Below are positions 9,387 to 22,542 of a stretch of DNA of 64,000 bases, piece by piece. The stretch is taken from the NCBI GenBank assembly GCA_963812155.1, contig CAWETW010000001.1, forward strand, positions 256,001-320,000. Reading direction: 5' to 3'. The position numbers and the translations under genes are program-made. Below the pieces are notes generated by a model, which saw nothing but the letters and a program-made list of their open reading frames with translations, did not search any database and was not told the origin of the DNA. Each line of letters begins with the position of its first letter. The stretch's first letter is position 1. This DNA is from Vulcanimicrobiota bacterium (GTDB lineage Bacteria; Vulcanimicrobiota; Vulcanimicrobiia; Vulcanimicrobiales; Vulcanimicrobiaceae).

Positions 9387-9954
9387 CGTGAGGTTCGTCG
9401 AAGCGCGCGCCGGCGGCCGTCAACGCTTGCCGCGCCGACTCGGAAAACAGTACGTCGCGGAACTGCAGACCTTGCGGAAGCGTACCGCCGGGCCTGGGGG
9501 CGCCGAGAATCTTGACTCCGTCGAGCGTCTTCTTGAGGACGCCCTTCTCGCGAAGCGCCTCGGGCGTGACGACGACGGTTGCGTCCCACTGCGCGAGCCG
9601 ATCCAAGGTGACCACGGCCATGCGAGTCCGAAAGTGGCCGATGTCGCGCGCTTTCTGCGAATATCCGCGACGATGCGGCAGCCGGCGGGCCCATGGAGTC
9701 TGACCGCCTTCGAAGGCGGGGCCTTTGCCGCCGCCCGAGCGGACGGTCTGACCCTTGCCTCCCTCGCCGCCGGTTTTCACCATGCCGGAGCCGTGGCCGC
9801 GGCCGATCCGCTGGCGCTTGGGACGGCTTCCCGGTGAGGGCACCAGCGCGCCCAACTTCATGACGGCGTCGCCGGTGGCGACTGCGCCGCCGGCCGGGGA
9901 CGTCTGAGACTTGCGGCGCGAAGGCGCCTTCTTCGTTTGTTTTTCGTCTGCCAT
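9376..9954 (-). CDS. rplO: 50S ribosomal protein L15 with probable N-terminal extension
   Basis: RIGRGHGSG..KTGG.GGKGQ..RSG, FEGGQTP; ATG at 9954 (MADEKQ); canonical-length start at MKLGAL is also possible. Confidence 0.93.
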   Translation of the reverse strand: MADEKQTKKAPSRRKSQTSPAGGAVATGDAVMKLGALVPSPGSRPKRQRIGRGHGSGMVKTGGEGGKGQTVRSGGGKGPAFEGGQTPWARRLPHRRGYSQKARDIGHFRTRMAVVTLDRLAQWDATVVVTPEALREKGVLKKTLDGVKILGAPRPGGTLPQGLQFRDVLFSESARQALTAAGARFDEPHDAQ

Positions 9955-9974
9955 ATTCGTGCTCGTTCGCGTCG

Positions 9975-10496
9975 TTACGACGCTTGCGCGGTGTAAATCT
10001 CTTTCACGGTTTTGCCGCGCAGCGCGGCAACTTGCTCGGCGGTGCGCAACGATCGCAACGCTTCGACCGTCGCCATCACCACGTTGATCGGATTGGTCGT
10101 GCCGAGACATTTGGTGAGAATGTCGTGGATGCCGGCTAGTTCGAGCACGGCGCGCATCGAGCCCCCGGCGATGACGCCCGTTCCCGGTGCGGCGGGCTTG
10201 AGCAGCACGGACGCGGCGCCGACGTGGTGGCGCACTTCGTGCGGAATCGTTTTCTCGACCATCGGCACGGTAACCAGACTCTTCTTGGCCTGCTCGACGC
10301 CCTTGCGAATCGCCTCGGGAACTTCGCCGGCTTTGCCGATGGCAAAACCGACCTTCCCTTTGCGATCGCCGACCACGACGAGTGCGCTGAAACTGAAGCG
10401 CTTTCCGCCCTTGACGACCTTCGCAACACGATTGACGCGCACGACGGTTTCGTCAAAGCCGCTGTTGTCGCGATCGCGACCGCCTCGAAACTGCAT
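9975..10496 (-). CDS. rpsE: 30S ribosomal protein S5
   Basis: [33 protein letters not shown]. Confidence 0.98.
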   Translation of the reverse strand: MQFRGGRDRDNSGFDETVVRVNRVAKVVKGGKRFSFSALVVVGDRKGKVGFAIGKAGEVPEAIRKGVEQAKKSLVTVPMVEKTIPHEVRHHVGAASVLLKPAAPGTGVIAGGSMRAVLELAGIHDILTKCLGTTNPINVVMATVEALRSLRTAEQVAALRGKTVKEIYTAQAS

Positions 10497-10858
10497 TAAA
10501 AGTTCAACCCCGCTTCTCGTGCCGCATCGGCCAACGCGCGCACGCGCCCATGATATTTGTATCCGCCCCGATCGAAGACCACGTCGGTAATTCCGGCGGC
10601 TTTGGCTTTCGTCGCGATTGCGCTGCCGACGGCCTTGGCGGCATCCACGTTCGTTTTCGACTGCAACGGCCCGCCGAGCGTTTTGTCTACCGTCGATGCC
10701 GCGACGAGCGTGTGACCCTTCGCGTCGTCTACCACCGTCGCGTAAATATGGTGCAGCGTGCGGCGCACCAGCAGACGCGGCCGTCCGGCGTCGCCCCCGA
10801 TCTTCTTGCGCGCGCGCTCGTGACGTGCCCGCCGCGCATCGTTCTTAGAGCGCGCCAT
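10496..10858 (-). CDS. rplR: 50S ribosomal protein L18
   Basis: [26 protein letters not shown]. Confidence 0.97.
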   Translation of the reverse strand: MARSKNDARRARHERARKKIGGDAGRPRLLVRRTLHHIYATVVDDAKGHTLVAASTVDKTLGGPLQSKTNVDAAKAVGSAIATKAKAAGITDVVFDRGGYKYHGRVRALADAAREAGLNF

Positions 10859-11409
10859 TACTTCTTGCCAGCCTTTCCGGCTTTTCCGAGTTTCTTGCGA
10901 ACGTATTCGCCCGCATAGCGAATGCCTTTTCCTTTATAGGGCTCGGGCGGGCGGAGGCGGCGAATTTCGGCGGCCACCTGTCCGACGGCTTGCTTATCGA
11001 TGCCCTCGACGTGGATCTTGTTTTGACCCTCGACCGAAAGCGCGATGCCGTCGGGCGGTTCGAAGACGACCGGATGCGAGTAGCCGAGGCTCAGATTCAG
11101 CTTCTCGCCCGACTTGGCGGCGCGGTAGCCGACGCCTTGAATCTCGAGGCTCTTGCGGAATCCCTTGCTGACGCCCTCGACCATGTTCGCGATCAGCGTG
11201 CGCGTGAGACCGTGGACCGAACGGTGTTCCTTGGCTTCGCCCTTGCGTTCGATCACGACGCTGCCGTCCTCGACGCGCACGTCGACGACGCGCGTCAAGA
11301 TCGCTTGACGCAGTTCGCCTTTGGGACCTTTGACCAGCACGTTGCCGGCGTCGAGCGTGACGTTCACGCCGGACGGTACCGTAACGGGCATTTTACCTAT
11401 GCGAGACAT
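10858..11409 (-). CDS. rplF: 50S ribosomal protein L6
   Basis: [25 protein letters not shown]. Confidence 0.98.
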   Translation of the reverse strand: MSRIGKMPVTVPSGVNVTLDAGNVLVKGPKGELRQAILTRVVDVRVEDGSVVIERKGEAKEHRSVHGLTRTLIANMVEGVSKGFRKSLEIQGVGYRAAKSGEKLNLSLGYSHPVVFEPPDGIALSVEGQNKIHVEGIDKQAVGQVAAEIRRLRPPEPYKGKGIRYAGEYVRKKLGKAGKAGKK

Positions 11410-11421
11410 TTGGGTTTCCTT

Positions 11422-11823
11422 TTACCAAACGTAGGCCACGACTTCGCCGCCCACGCCGGCCTTTTTCGCACTTTTGCCCGACATGATGCCTTGCGGCGTC
11501 GAAATGATAACGAGTCCCAAGCCGCCCAGCACGCGCGGAATGTCGCTCTTTCCGGTATAGACGCGCAATCCCGGACGCGAAATCCGGCGCAGTCCGGTGA
11601 TGACCTTCTCCTTCTCGGGCCCGTACTTGAGCGCGATGCGAATCGTCCCTTGCGGACCTTCGCTCACGCGCTCGAAGCCCTCGATGAAGCCTTCGTCTTG
11701 GAGAATCTTCGCGATTGCCTGCTTCGAACGCGAGGCCGGAACGTCCACCGTCTTGTGATTGGCGGTGTTGGCGTTGCGGATTCGAGTGAGCATGTCCGCG
11801 ATCGGGTCTGTGATAGCAGCCAT
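11422..11823 (-). CDS. rpsH: 30S ribosomal protein S8
   Basis: [32 protein letters not shown]. Confidence 0.98.
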   Translation of the reverse strand: MAAITDPIADMLTRIRNANTANHKTVDVPASRSKQAIAKILQDEGFIEGFERVSEGPQGTIRIALKYGPEKEKVITGLRRISRPGLRVYTGKSDIPRVLGGLGLVIISTPQGIMSGKSAKKAGVGGEVVAYVW

Positions 11824-11827
11824 TATT

Positions 11828-12013
11828 TCACCACGACGCTTTCGTTACGCCGGGGACGACGCCGCGATGTGCGTTCTCGCGAAAGCAAATGCGGCACATG
11901 GCAAACTTCCGAAGGAAGCCGCGCGGACGTCCGCACACCCTGCAGCGGTTGTGCTTGCGAACGCCGAACTTCGGCGTACGCAGCGATTTGGCGATGATGC
12001 TCGTCTTAGCCAT
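11828..12013 (-). CDS. rpsN: 30S ribosomal protein S14, type Z
   Basis: 61 aa; [10 protein letters not shown]...CRICFRE; ends KASW. Confidence 0.97.
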   Translation of the reverse strand: MAKTSIIAKSLRTPKFGVRKHNRCRVCGRPRGFLRKFAMCRICFRENAHRGVVPGVTKASW

Positions 12014-12025
12014 TACTCTACTGCC

Positions 12026-12574
12026 CTAGCGCCCCTTCTGAAGCGGAAGTCCCATAGCCGTCAAAAACTCGGTGGCTTCTTCGTCGGTCTTGGCGGTCGT
12101 CACGATGGTGATATCCATGCCTCGCGCCTTGTCGACCTTGTCGTAGTTGACCTCGGGAAACACCAGCTGTTCCCGCAGGCCGAGATTGTAGTTTCCGCGT
12201 CCGTCGAACGATTTTGCCGGCAGTCCGCGGAAGTCGCGGATGCGCGGCAGCACGACGTTAAACAATTTGTCGAGAAAGACGTACATGCGCTCGCCGCGCA
12301 GCGTGACCTTGGCGCCGATGTTCATGCCTTCACGCAGTTTGAACGCCGCAATCGACTTGCGAGCCTTCGTCACGATGGCTTTCTGGCCGGTGATCGCCGC
12401 CAGCTCCGCGACGGCTGCGTCGAGCGCCTTCGGATTGACGATCGCTTCGCCCACGCTCATGTTCACGACGACCTTTTTGACCGCCGGAATTTGATGGACG
12501 TTGGCGTAGCCGAATCGTTCCTGAAGCTGCGGACGAACCGAGCCTTCGTATTTTTCTCTTAAGCGCGTCACCAT
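12026..12574 (-). CDS. rplE: 50S ribosomal protein L5
   Basis: [28 protein letters not shown]; start MVTRL. Confidence 0.97.
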   Translation of the reverse strand: MVTRLREKYEGSVRPQLQERFGYANVHQIPAVKKVVVNMSVGEAIVNPKALDAAVAELAAITGQKAIVTKARKSIAAFKLREGMNIGAKVTLRGERMYVFLDKLFNVVLPRIRDFRGLPAKSFDGRGNYNLGLREQLVFPEVNYDKVDKARGMDITIVTTAKTDEEATEFLTAMGLPLQKGR

Positions 12575-12576
12575 CG

Positions 12577-12939
12577 TTAGGCTCCCTTCGCCGACTCGCG
12601 CGCCGGCTCGCCGCAACGGCCGCAGACGCGATGAACCAACCCGTCGGAGGTGCGGCGGTTCCGCAAACGTGCCGGCGTCTTGCACTTTTCGCAAACGTAC
12701 TGCAGCGCCGAGAGAGGCAGCGGAGCTTCTTTCTCGATGATGCCGCCGGTTTGCATCGAACCGCCCATGTTGCTCGACTTGCTTCCCTGCTTGGTGTGAC
12801 GCTTGACGACGTTGAGCCCTTCGACGGTCGCCGTGCCGCGGCGCGCCTGAATCGCCTTCACGATTCCGCGTTTGCCCTTTTCTTTGCCGCGGCGAATCAT
12901 CACGGTATCGCCTTTGATCATGCTCGTTTTATCCGGCAT
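12577..12939 (-). CDS. rplX: 50S ribosomal protein L24
   Basis: KOW motif [37 protein letters not shown]. Confidence 0.95.
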   Translation of the reverse strand: MPDKTSMIKGDTVMIRRGKEKGKRGIVKAIQARRGTATVEGLNVVKRHTKQGSKSSNMGGSMQTGGIIEKEAPLPLSALQYVCEKCKTPARLRNRRTSDGLVHRVCGRCGEPARESAKGA

Positions 12940-12943
12940 CGTT

Positions 12944-13321
12944 TTATAGAACCTCCGGCGCGAGGGAGGCGATCTTCAGGAAGCCGCGGTCGCGCAGTTC
13001 GCGCATGACCGGTCCGAAGACGCGCGTGCCGCGCGGATCGAGGTTGTCCTTTTCACCTTTGATGATGACGCATGCATTGTCGTCGCAGCGCACGACGGAG
13101 CCGTCGCTACGCCGAATCGGAGCGCTCGTACGCACCACGACGGCTTTAACGACCTGCCCCTTCTTCACGGCCGCTCCGGGGATCGCGCTCTTGACCGTGC
13201 CGACGATCACGTCGCCGACGTGCGCGTATTGATGACGGCTGCCGCCGGCAACGTGAATCACGAGCAGTTCGCGCGCGCCCGAATTATCGGCGACCTTGAG
13301 CCGGGTTTCGTGCTGAATCAT
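12944..13321 (-). CDS. rplN: 50S ribosomal protein L14
   Basis: [16 protein letters not shown]...GTRVFGPV...SLAPEVL. Confidence 0.98.
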   Translation of the reverse strand: MIQHETRLKVADNSGARELLVIHVAGGSRHQYAHVGDVIVGTVKSAIPGAAVKKGQVVKAVVVRTSAPIRRSDGSVVRCDDNACVIIKGEKDNLDPRGTRVFGPVMRELRDRGFLKIASLAPEVL

Positions 13322-13585
13322 TTCGCGCGTTCCATAATCTCGACCAGACGCCAGCGCTTCTCGCGCGAAAGCGGCCGGCACTCGACGATGCGCACGACGT
13401 CGCCGACGTTGGCTTCGTTACGCTCGTCGTGGGCCTTGAAGCGCGTGGACTTGCGGATGATCTTGCCGTAGGTCGGATGCGGTACCCGCGTCTCCGCCAC
13501 CACGACGATCGTCTTGTCCATCTTGTTCGAGGCAACGCGCCCTTGCTTGACGCGGCGCGATCCTCGTTGCGTTATGCTGCTCCAT
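13318..13585 (-). CDS. rpsQ: 30S ribosomal protein S17 (apparent +1 frameshift near the 5' end)
   Basis: [14 protein letters not shown]...HDE.N...[13 protein letters not shown]; the SD-preceded ATG at 13585 is one base out of frame with the body. Confidence 0.93.
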
Positions 13586-13793
13586 GGTGTTCCTCGGCCA
13601 AGCGCTTTTCTGAGATGACGGTCTGAATTTGAGCGTAGGTACGGCGCATCGCGCGGATCTTGCTGAAATCCGTGAGGTGGCCGGTGCGCAGCGCGAAGCG
13701 CAGGTTGAACAGTTCAGACTTCGTGTCGCGCGCCTTCTGCTGCAGTTCGTTCACCGTGAACGTGCGAAACTCGTCGAGCCCGCTTTTCTTCAT
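13572..13793 (-). CDS. rpmC: 50S ribosomal protein L29
   Basis: [12 protein letters not shown]....[13 protein letters not shown]; lies between rplP and rpsQ. Confidence 0.93.
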   Translation of the reverse strand: MKKSGLDEFRTFTVNELQQKARDTKSELFNLRFALRTGHLTDFSKIRAMRRTYAQIQTVISEKRLAEEHHGAA

Positions 13794-14209
13794 GCTCCAG
13801 CCTCCTCGCGCGAGACGATCTTCGTGTCGATCGGCAGTTTGGCGGCCGCGCGGCGCAGCGCTTCGCGAGCGACGTCCGGCGCGACGCCGGAGAGCTCGAA
13901 GAGCACGCGTCCCGGGCGAACGACCGCGACCCAAAACTCGGGGTTACCCTTGCCGGCGCCCATGCGCACTTCGGCCGGCTTTTTCGTCGCGGGCTTGTCG
14001 GGAAAGACTTTGATCCACACCTTACCGCCGCGTTTGATGTGACGCGTCATGGCGATACGCGCCGCCTCGATCTGCCGGTTCGTCATCCAACACGGTTCGG
14101 TCGCCTTCAATCCGAAATCGCCGAACGTCAGCGTGCTGCCACGCAACGCGCGGCCGGTCATGCGTCCGCGCTGCACTTTGCGCCATTTCACTCGTTTGGG
14201 CGTCAGCAT
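13790..14209 (-). CDS. rplP: 50S ribosomal protein L16
   Basis: [28 protein letters not shown]. Confidence 0.98.
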   Translation of the reverse strand: MLTPKRVKWRKVQRGRMTGRALRGSTLTFGDFGLKATEPCWMTNRQIEAARIAMTRHIKRGGKVWIKVFPDKPATKKPAEVRMGAGKGNPEFWVAVVRPGRVLFELSGVAPDVAREALRRAAAKLPIDTKIVSREEAGA

Positions 14210-15336
14210 TACGGTGCGGCCTCCCCCTGCGCTTGTTCGGTTGCGGGACTCTCCTGGTGCGACGGCGGCGCGGCCGCTTCGACCAGCCGGTCGACGCCAG
14301 CTTCGGGAGCGCTCTCATCGGGAAGCGCCGCTTCGGTAAGTGCCTGCGCTTCGCTTTCGTGTTCCGGCATCACGATCGGCGGTTCGTGACCTGCGGGCTC
14401 GGTCGTGACCGTTTCCGCGACGGGCGCGGTTTCGCTCGCAGCGACGGGCGCGGTTTCACTCGTTGCGGCGGGCGTAGTTTCGCTCGCAGCGATGGGCGCG
14501 GTTTCACTCGTTGCGGCGGGCGTAGTTTCGCTCGCAGCGATGGGCGCGCTTTCACTCATAGCGGCGGGCATAGTTTCGCTCGCTGCGGAGGGCGCAGCCT
14601 GCGGCGCGCGGTCGGTCCGTCCACGGCCGCCCCGGCCACCGCGCTCGCGGCGCTCGCGGAAGCCTCCGCGGTCGGCGCGATCGCGCAAATTCGATTCAAC
14701 GCGCGATTGATCCGGCAGCACTTCTCCGCGATAGATCCATACTTTCACGCCGATGCGTCCGAACGTAGTAAAGGCTTCGACGTTCGCGTAATCGATGTCG
14801 GCCCGTAACGTGTGCAGCGGCACCTTGCCGTCGGCGTTGCGCTCGGTGCGTGCGATTTCAGCGCCTCCCAGACGACCCGAAACTTGCACTTTGACGCCGC
14901 GCGCTCCGGCCTTCATCGTCCGCATGATCGCCTGCTTCATCGCGCGACGGAATGCGATGCGCTTCTCCAACTGATCGACGATGTTTTGCCCCACCAAGCG
15001 CGCGTCGAGCTCCGGATGCTTGATCTCCATGACGTTGACTTGCACGTTCTTGCCGGTGAGCTTTTCGAGGTTCTTGCGAATCTCTTCGATGCCGATGCCG
15101 CGCTTGCCGATGATGATGCCCGGCTTAGCCGTATTCACGATGACGCGCGCTTGATTGGCGCGCCGCTCGATCTCGACTTTGCTGATCGCGGCCGAGCGAA
15201 CCCAGCGGTTGAGGAACTTGCGAATGGCGACGTCTTCGTGAAGCCAGTCGATGTAATGTTTTTTCTCGAACCAGCGGCTGTCCCACGTACGCGTGATGCC
15301 CAGGCGCAGACCGACCGGATGAATTTTTTGACCCAT
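14209..15336 (-). CDS. rpsC: 30S ribosomal protein S3 with long acidic, repetitive C-terminal tail
   Basis: [45 protein letters not shown]. Confidence 0.97.
   Translation of the reverse strand: MGQKIHPVGLRLGITRTWDSRWFEKKHYIDWLHEDVAIRKFLNRWVRSAAISKVEIERRANQARVIVNTAKPGIIIGKRGIGIEEIRKNLEKLTGKNVQVNVMEIKHPELDARLVGQNIVDQLEKRIAFRRAMKQAIMRTMKAGARGVKVQVSGRLGGAEIARTERNADGKVPLHTLRADIDYANVEAFTTFGRIGVKVWIYRGEVLPDQSRVESNLRDRADRGGFRERRERGGRGGRGRTDRAPQAAPSAASETMPAAMSESAPIAASETTPAATSETAPIAASETTPAATSETAPVAASETAPVAETVTTEPAGHEPPIVMPEHESEAQALTEAALPDESAPEAGVDRLVEAAAPPSHQESPATEQAQGEAAP
14419..14586 (-). repeat. Seven tandem 24-nt units (48-nt higher-order period) in the rpsC tail
   Basis: Encode [56 protein letters not shown]. 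Confidence 0.9.
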
Positions 15337-15338
15337 GC

Positions 15339-15852
15339 TTACCCCGCAGCCCCCGCGCTCGCGGCGGCCGTCTGTTTGCGGCGCTTACGCCCCGTCGTTT
15401 TTTCGCCGGAAGCGGCCGCACGCAGCGCGCCGCGGACGGCGACCGGCTTGAACGGATGCACCGGCCCGCTTACGCATCGTCTTTGCGGGACGCTCTTCGC
15501 TGACGACGACCGTCACGTGCGAGAGACGCTTGCGTTTGAAGTACGCGCGGCCTTGAGCGCGCGGATCCAGCCTTTTGGTAAAGCGGCCGCCCGGGCCGCC
15601 GTCGACGGTGATGCGCGCGATGTAGAGATCGTCGGTATTCATATCGTGGTTGTTGCCGGCGTTGGCCACGGCGCTGCGCACTAATTTGGCAATTGGCTCG
15701 GCCGCAAAGACGTCGGCGAACTGCAGCAACACGAGCGCTTCGCGAACGCTCTTGCCGCGAATCGCGTCGGCGACCCGCCGCAGCTTGCGCGGACCGGTGC
15801 GCGTGAAGCGCAGGTGTGCGACCGCTCCGGGAGCAAGCGACGCCGCGGTCAC
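15339..15852 (-). CDS. rplV: 50S ribosomal protein L22; in-frame stop at 15385, true C-terminus probably 15339 via a +1 indel
   Basis: [34 protein letters not shown]; the alternative frame ends 2 nt before the rpsC ATG. Confidence 0.92.
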
Positions 15853-16127
15853 GGTTTCACCGTCGCTTTATCGCCGCCGTGGCCGCGGAAGTGGCGCGTG
15901 GGAGCGAACTCTCCGAGCTTGTGTCCGACCATGTTTTCCGAGACGTAGACGGGGATGTGCGTCTTGCCGTTGTGCACGCCGATCGTGTGGCCGACCATGG
16001 CCGGCACGACCGTCGAAGCGCGACTCCAGGTTTTCACGACGCGTTTTTCCCGCGTTTCGTTGAGCTTCTCGACCTTCTTGATGAGATGCTCGGCCACGAA
16101 CGGGCCCTTTTTGAGACTGCGACCCAT
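15849..16127 (-). CDS. rpsS: 30S ribosomal protein S19
   Basis: [28 protein letters not shown]. Confidence 0.98.
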   Translation of the reverse strand: MGRSLKKGPFVAEHLIKKVEKLNETREKRVVKTWSRASTVVPAMVGHTIGVHNGKTHIPVYVSENMVGHKLGEFAPTRHFRGHGGDKATVKP

Positions 16128-16954
16128 TACTTGGAACCCCGCTTGCGAACGATCATCTTGGTGGTGCGCTTATTGCGCCGCGTCTTTTTGCCCATCGTCA
16201 TTTGGCCCCACGGCGTCGTGGGCGGCCGGCCCGACGTCGAGCGCGCTTCGCCGCCGCCGTGCGGATGATCGACCGGATTCATCGCGATGCCGCGAACCGT
16301 CGGACGCTTGCCCAAATGACGCGAGCGTCCCGCCTTGCCGATGACTTGGTTCTCGTGCTCGATATTGCCGAGCTGACCGATCGTCGCGCGGCACTCGACG
16401 TGAATCTTGCGCACTTCGCCCGACGGCATACGCACCTGCGAATACGCGTCTTCCTTGGCCATCAGCTGCGCGGACACGCCGGCGGAGCGAACGAGCTTGC
16501 CGCCTTGACCCGGGCGCAGTTCGATGTTGTGAATGACCGTGCCGACCGGAATGTTCTTGATGGGCAAGGCGTTGCCAATCTTGATGTCGGCTCCCGGGCC
16601 GGACTCGATCGCGTCACCGGTCTTGAGACCGAGGGGTGCCAGAATGTAGCGTTTCTCGCCGTCCTTGTAATGCACGAGTGCGATGCGGCACGACCGGTTC
16701 GGATCGTACTCGATCGTCGCCACCTTGGCCGCAATCCCGTCTTTGGCGCGCTTGAAATCGATGATGCGATAGCGCGGGCGCGTTCCGCCGCCTTTGTGGC
16801 GCACGGTGATGTGGCCGTTGTTGTTGCGGCCCGCGTGCTTCTTTCCGGTTTCCAGCAACGATCGCTCGGGTGCGGTCTTCGTGAGTTCCGAGAAATCCAT
16901 CGTGGTGATGAAACGCCGTCCCGGCGACGTCGGCCGATATTTCTTTACTGGCAT
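16127..16954 (-). CDS. rplB: 50S ribosomal protein L2
   Basis: [21 protein letters not shown]. Confidence 0.98.
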   Translation of the reverse strand: MPVKKYRPTSPGRRFITTMDFSELTKTAPERSLLETGKKHAGRNNNGHITVRHKGGGTRPRYRIIDFKRAKDGIAAKVATIEYDPNRSCRIALVHYKDGEKRYILAPLGLKTGDAIESGPGADIKIGNALPIKNIPVGTVIHNIELRPGQGGKLVRSAGVSAQLMAKEDAYSQVRMPSGEVRKIHVECRATIGQLGNIEHENQVIGKAGRSRHLGKRPTVRGIAMNPVDHPHGGGEARSTSGRPPTTPWGQMTMGKKTRRNKRTTKMIVRKRGSK

Positions 16955-16957
16955 TGT

Positions 16958-17266
16958 TTATTGCTCAAAGTAGTTGACGCCGCCCAGCTCGATCTTTTGC
17001 CCGGGCTTGAGCGTGACGATGGCTTTCTTGCTGTCCGACGTTTTGCCGGTCGTCCGCAGGCCGCGCCGCGCGAAGCGCCGCGTCTTTCCGCCGACGTTCA
17101 CCGTGTTCACCTTGGTGACGTTGACCTTGAACAGCTCTTCGACCGCGTGGCGAATCTGCGTTTTCGTCGCGTGCGGATTCACCAAAAACGTGTACTGCTG
17201 CGCCAGAGCATCGGCCATGGATTTCTCGGTGATGCGTGGAGCGATGATGACGTCGCGTGCGTCCAT
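16958..17266 (-). CDS. rplW: 50S ribosomal protein L23
   Basis: PRITEKS, ATKTQIRHAVEELF, KKAIVTL. Confidence 0.96.
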   Translation of the reverse strand: MDARDVIIAPRITEKSMADALAQQYTFLVNPHATKTQIRHAVEELFKVNVTKVNTVNVGGKTRRFARRGLRTTGKTSDSKKAIVTLKPGQKIELGGVNYFEQ

Positions 17267-17925
17267 TACGATGCGCCTCCGTCGGCAGCGAGCGTTTTGA
17301 CGACTGCGTCGTAGCCGGCCGTCGTGAAGACGAGGCGCTCGAAACGCAACACGTCCTTGACGTCGAGCGCGCCGTCGTCGGTCACGCCGACGCGGCGCAG
17401 GTTCGCGGCGACGCGCGCGATCGTCTCGCGGTGGGCTTCGTCCCGCGCGCAGACGACCAGCGTCGACGGCCCGGTCTTTGCCTCTTTGGCGCTCCCGAAG
17501 AGCAGTTTCGCGAACTCGGCGGTCTTTGCAATCGGAAACTCTGCGGCGTCGAGCAGCGTTACCGCGCCCGAACCGAAGCGCTCCCCGAGCGCGGCAACGA
17601 AGGCCGCACGGCGTTCCTTCTTATTGAGCGACTGGACGTAACTGCGCGGCTGCGGTCCGAAGACGACGCCGCCGTGGCGCCACTGCGGCGAGCGAATCGA
17701 ACCCTGGCGCGCGCGTCCGGTGCCTTTTTGCTTCCAAGGCTTACGGCCGCCGCCCGAAACCTCGTCGCGCTTTTTGGTCGATGCCGTACCCGCGCGGGAA
17801 TTGGCAAACTCGCGGTGGACGGCGCGGAAGATCAGATGCGTTTTGGAGGCGGGATCGGCGGCGAAGATCGCCGGCGCGTCGATTTCGCGCACGACGTTTC
17901 CGCCGGAATCGATAACGTTCGGCAT
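17266..17925 (-). CDS. rplD: 50S ribosomal protein L4
   Basis: GGGRKPWKQKGTGRARQGSIRSPQWRHGG; start MPNVID. Confidence 0.96.
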   Translation of the reverse strand: MPNVIDSGGNVVREIDAPAIFAADPASKTHLIFRAVHREFANSRAGTASTKKRDEVSGGGRKPWKQKGTGRARQGSIRSPQWRHGGVVFGPQPRSYVQSLNKKERRAAFVAALGERFGSGAVTLLDAAEFPIAKTAEFAKLLFGSAKEAKTGPSTLVVCARDEAHRETIARVAANLRRVGVTDDGALDVKDVLRFERLVFTTAGYDAVVKTLAADGGAS

Positions 17926-17929
17926 CCCG

Positions 17930-18568
17930 TTAGGCCTCCGCCGCCTTGGGCGCCTTGACGCTGCGCCGAACGATGACGACGCCGTTCTTGGCTCCCGGGA
18001 CCGGGCCGCGCACGAGCAACAGGTTGCGCTCGGCGTCGGCACGCACGACCTCAAGATTTTGGGTCGTCGTCCGGTCCACGCCGTACTGACCCGGCCGCCG
18101 GCTGCCCTTGAGCGTGCGGCCGGCGTTGGTGTCGCCGTTGGATGCGGGCTGGCGATGGATCATCGAGCCGTGGCTGGCTCCGCCGCCGCTGAAGTTGTGG
18201 CGCTTGATGCCGCCCGAGAATCCGTGTCCTTTCGAGACGCCGACCACGTCGATCCGGTCGCCCGGCTCGAAGGCCGCAACGGTGACCGTCGCGCCGAGGT
18301 CTGCTCCATCGATGTCGTCGCGAAACTCGCGCACGAAGCGCACCGGCTCGACGCCTTGCTTCTTGAAGTGTCCGGCAAGGGCTCGGGTGACGCGCCGTTT
18401 CTTTACGGATTCGAAACCCAAAGCGACAGCATCGTAGCCATGCTTCTCTTTCGTCCGGCGCTCCACGACCGTGCAGGGACCGGCTTCGATCACCGTGACC
18501 GGCACATAGCGCCCGTCGTCGGTGAATACGCTCGTCATCCCAACCTTGCGGCCAAGGATGTTCTTCAT
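17930..18568 (-). CDS. rplC: 50S ribosomal protein L3
   Basis: MKNILGRKVGMT, SKGHGFSGGIKRH, ASHGS; AGGACGAGGA upstream. Confidence 0.97.
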   Translation of the reverse strand: MKNILGRKVGMTSVFTDDGRYVPVTVIEAGPCTVVERRTKEKHGYDAVALGFESVKKRRVTRALAGHFKKQGVEPVRFVREFRDDIDGADLGATVTVAAFEPGDRIDVVGVSKGHGFSGGIKRHNFSGGGASHGSMIHRQPASNGDTNAGRTLKGSRRPGQYGVDRTTTQNLEVVRADAERNLLLVRGPVPGAKNGVVIVRRSVKAPKAAEA

Positions 18569-18675
18569 ACGTCCTCGTCCTGAGTGATTTAAGTACACGG
18601 GTCCAGGCGTACTGCTCTACTACCGTTGCCGGCACACGAAACGAAGCCGCGGCCGGCCTGGACCACAACCTGGGC

Positions 18676-18704
18676 AGTTTACCAGGCGCCGCTGGGCGCG
18701 TCAA
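18676..18704 (-). promoter_or_regulatory. Sigma70-type promoter for the rplC operon
   Basis: TTGACG-N17-TAAACT with TGG just upstream of the -10. Confidence 0.8.
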
Positions 18705-18747
18705 GCGCCGGCGATACTACGGCGCGGACCCGACCGCCTGGCTGCTT

Positions 18748-21370
<2,623 letters not shown>

Positions 21371-21417
21371 CCGCCGTCGTTCGCTGGCCGGCCGCGGAAA
21401 AACTCCCCGGCCCCGCG

Positions 21418-21964
21418 CTAGCGGAGTGCGACGATCCCGACGATCCCGGAAAGCAGGATGAGCAGCGGTGCGCTCAACTTCGTGCGCAGCATGAGCAGCG
21501 CGACTACGCCGGCAATCGTGTAGGGGATGACGCCGGACGCCGTTCCGTGCGCGATCGTCAGAACGCTCGCCCATACCAGACCGACGATGGCCGGCGCCAA
21601 ACCGTGCGCAACGATCGGCCGCCACGGCGATGCCGAGAAACGCTCCCACAGTTTGTCGACGACGACCATGATCGCGCTCGAGGGCACGAACATGCCGATG
21701 GTGGCGATGCCGGCGCCCAGGAACGGATTGGCCGGCATCGCCGCGTAGCCGATCAACGCCGCAAAGATCGTCGTCGGCCCGGGCACCAGCTTTGCCGATC
21801 GTGTAGAACTGGCTGAACTGGTCGTTCGTCACCCATCCGAACGTGTCGACCGCCTCGCGATGCATCTGCGGAATGATGCCCTTGCCGCCGCCGAACCCAA
21901 GCACGGAGAGCTGCGCGAACGTCCACAGCAAGTGCAGGGCCGTGTTAAAGGAAGCCGCGTTCAT
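21418..21964 (-). CDS. Short-chain chromate transporter subunit (apparent +1 frameshift at 21791-21793)
   Basis: LGFGGG and (GKLV)PGP motifs; removing one A restores the frame. Confidence 0.85.
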
Positions 21965-22542
21965 TTCGCAGCCGTACCCGCACGGCGGGAACGAATGTAT
22001 TCGTGAGCGACGCCGATGCCGCCGAAGACGACCAGCACCAGCAGCAGCGGCATCCGAAGGAGCGCGACGACGACCGCCGTGACCGCGAGCAACAGCAGTT
22101 TCACCCAATCTCCGCGCTCGTCCCAGCTCAGCTCGAGCGCGTTGCCGATCGTCAAACCGAGTGCGCCGACCGCACACCCGCGCAACGCACCGTGGACGTA
22201 CGGATTGGACGCGAACTTGAAGTAGAGCGCGCCGGCGATGAGGATGATGATGAACGGAGGAATGCTCGCGCCCAAGAACGCCGCGAAAGCGCCGGGAAGT
22301 CCGCGGGCTTTCTGCCCGCAGTAAATCGCGAGGTTGAGGATGTTCGGTCCCGGCAGCACCTGCGCCAGCTCGAGACCGTCCATGAAGACTTCGCCGTCCA
22401 TCCAGCCGCGCGACGTCACCTGGCGGCGAATGCTGGCTTTCTGGCCTCCGCCGAACGACGTCGACGAGATCGCCGCGAAGGCGAGGGCAACGCTCAGGAG
22501 CGAGGGGCGCGTAACGGCTGGAGCGTTGGCCTCAGCTGACAT
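21961..22542 (-). CDS. Short-chain chromate transporter subunit
   Basis: SFGGG, AQVLPGPNILN; ATGA overlap with its partner gene. Confidence 0.88.
   Translation of the reverse strand: MSAEANAPAVTRPSLLSVALAFAAISSTSFGGGQKASIRRQVTSRGWMDGEVFMDGLELAQVLPGPNILNLAIYCGQKARGLPGAFAAFLGASIPPFIIILIAGALYFKFASNPYVHGALRGCAVGALGLTIGNALELSWDERGDWVKLLLLAVTAVVVALLRMPLLLVLVVFGGIGVAHEYIRSRRAGTAAK

Noticed and set aside
14419..14586. Possible CRISPR-like array
   Set aside because: The repeats are contiguous, in-frame coding units with no unique spacers, and no cas genes are present.
21785..21795. Programmed ribosomal frameshift in the chromate transporter
   Set aside because: No convincing slippery heptamer or stimulator, and the same +1 pattern recurs in unrelated genes.
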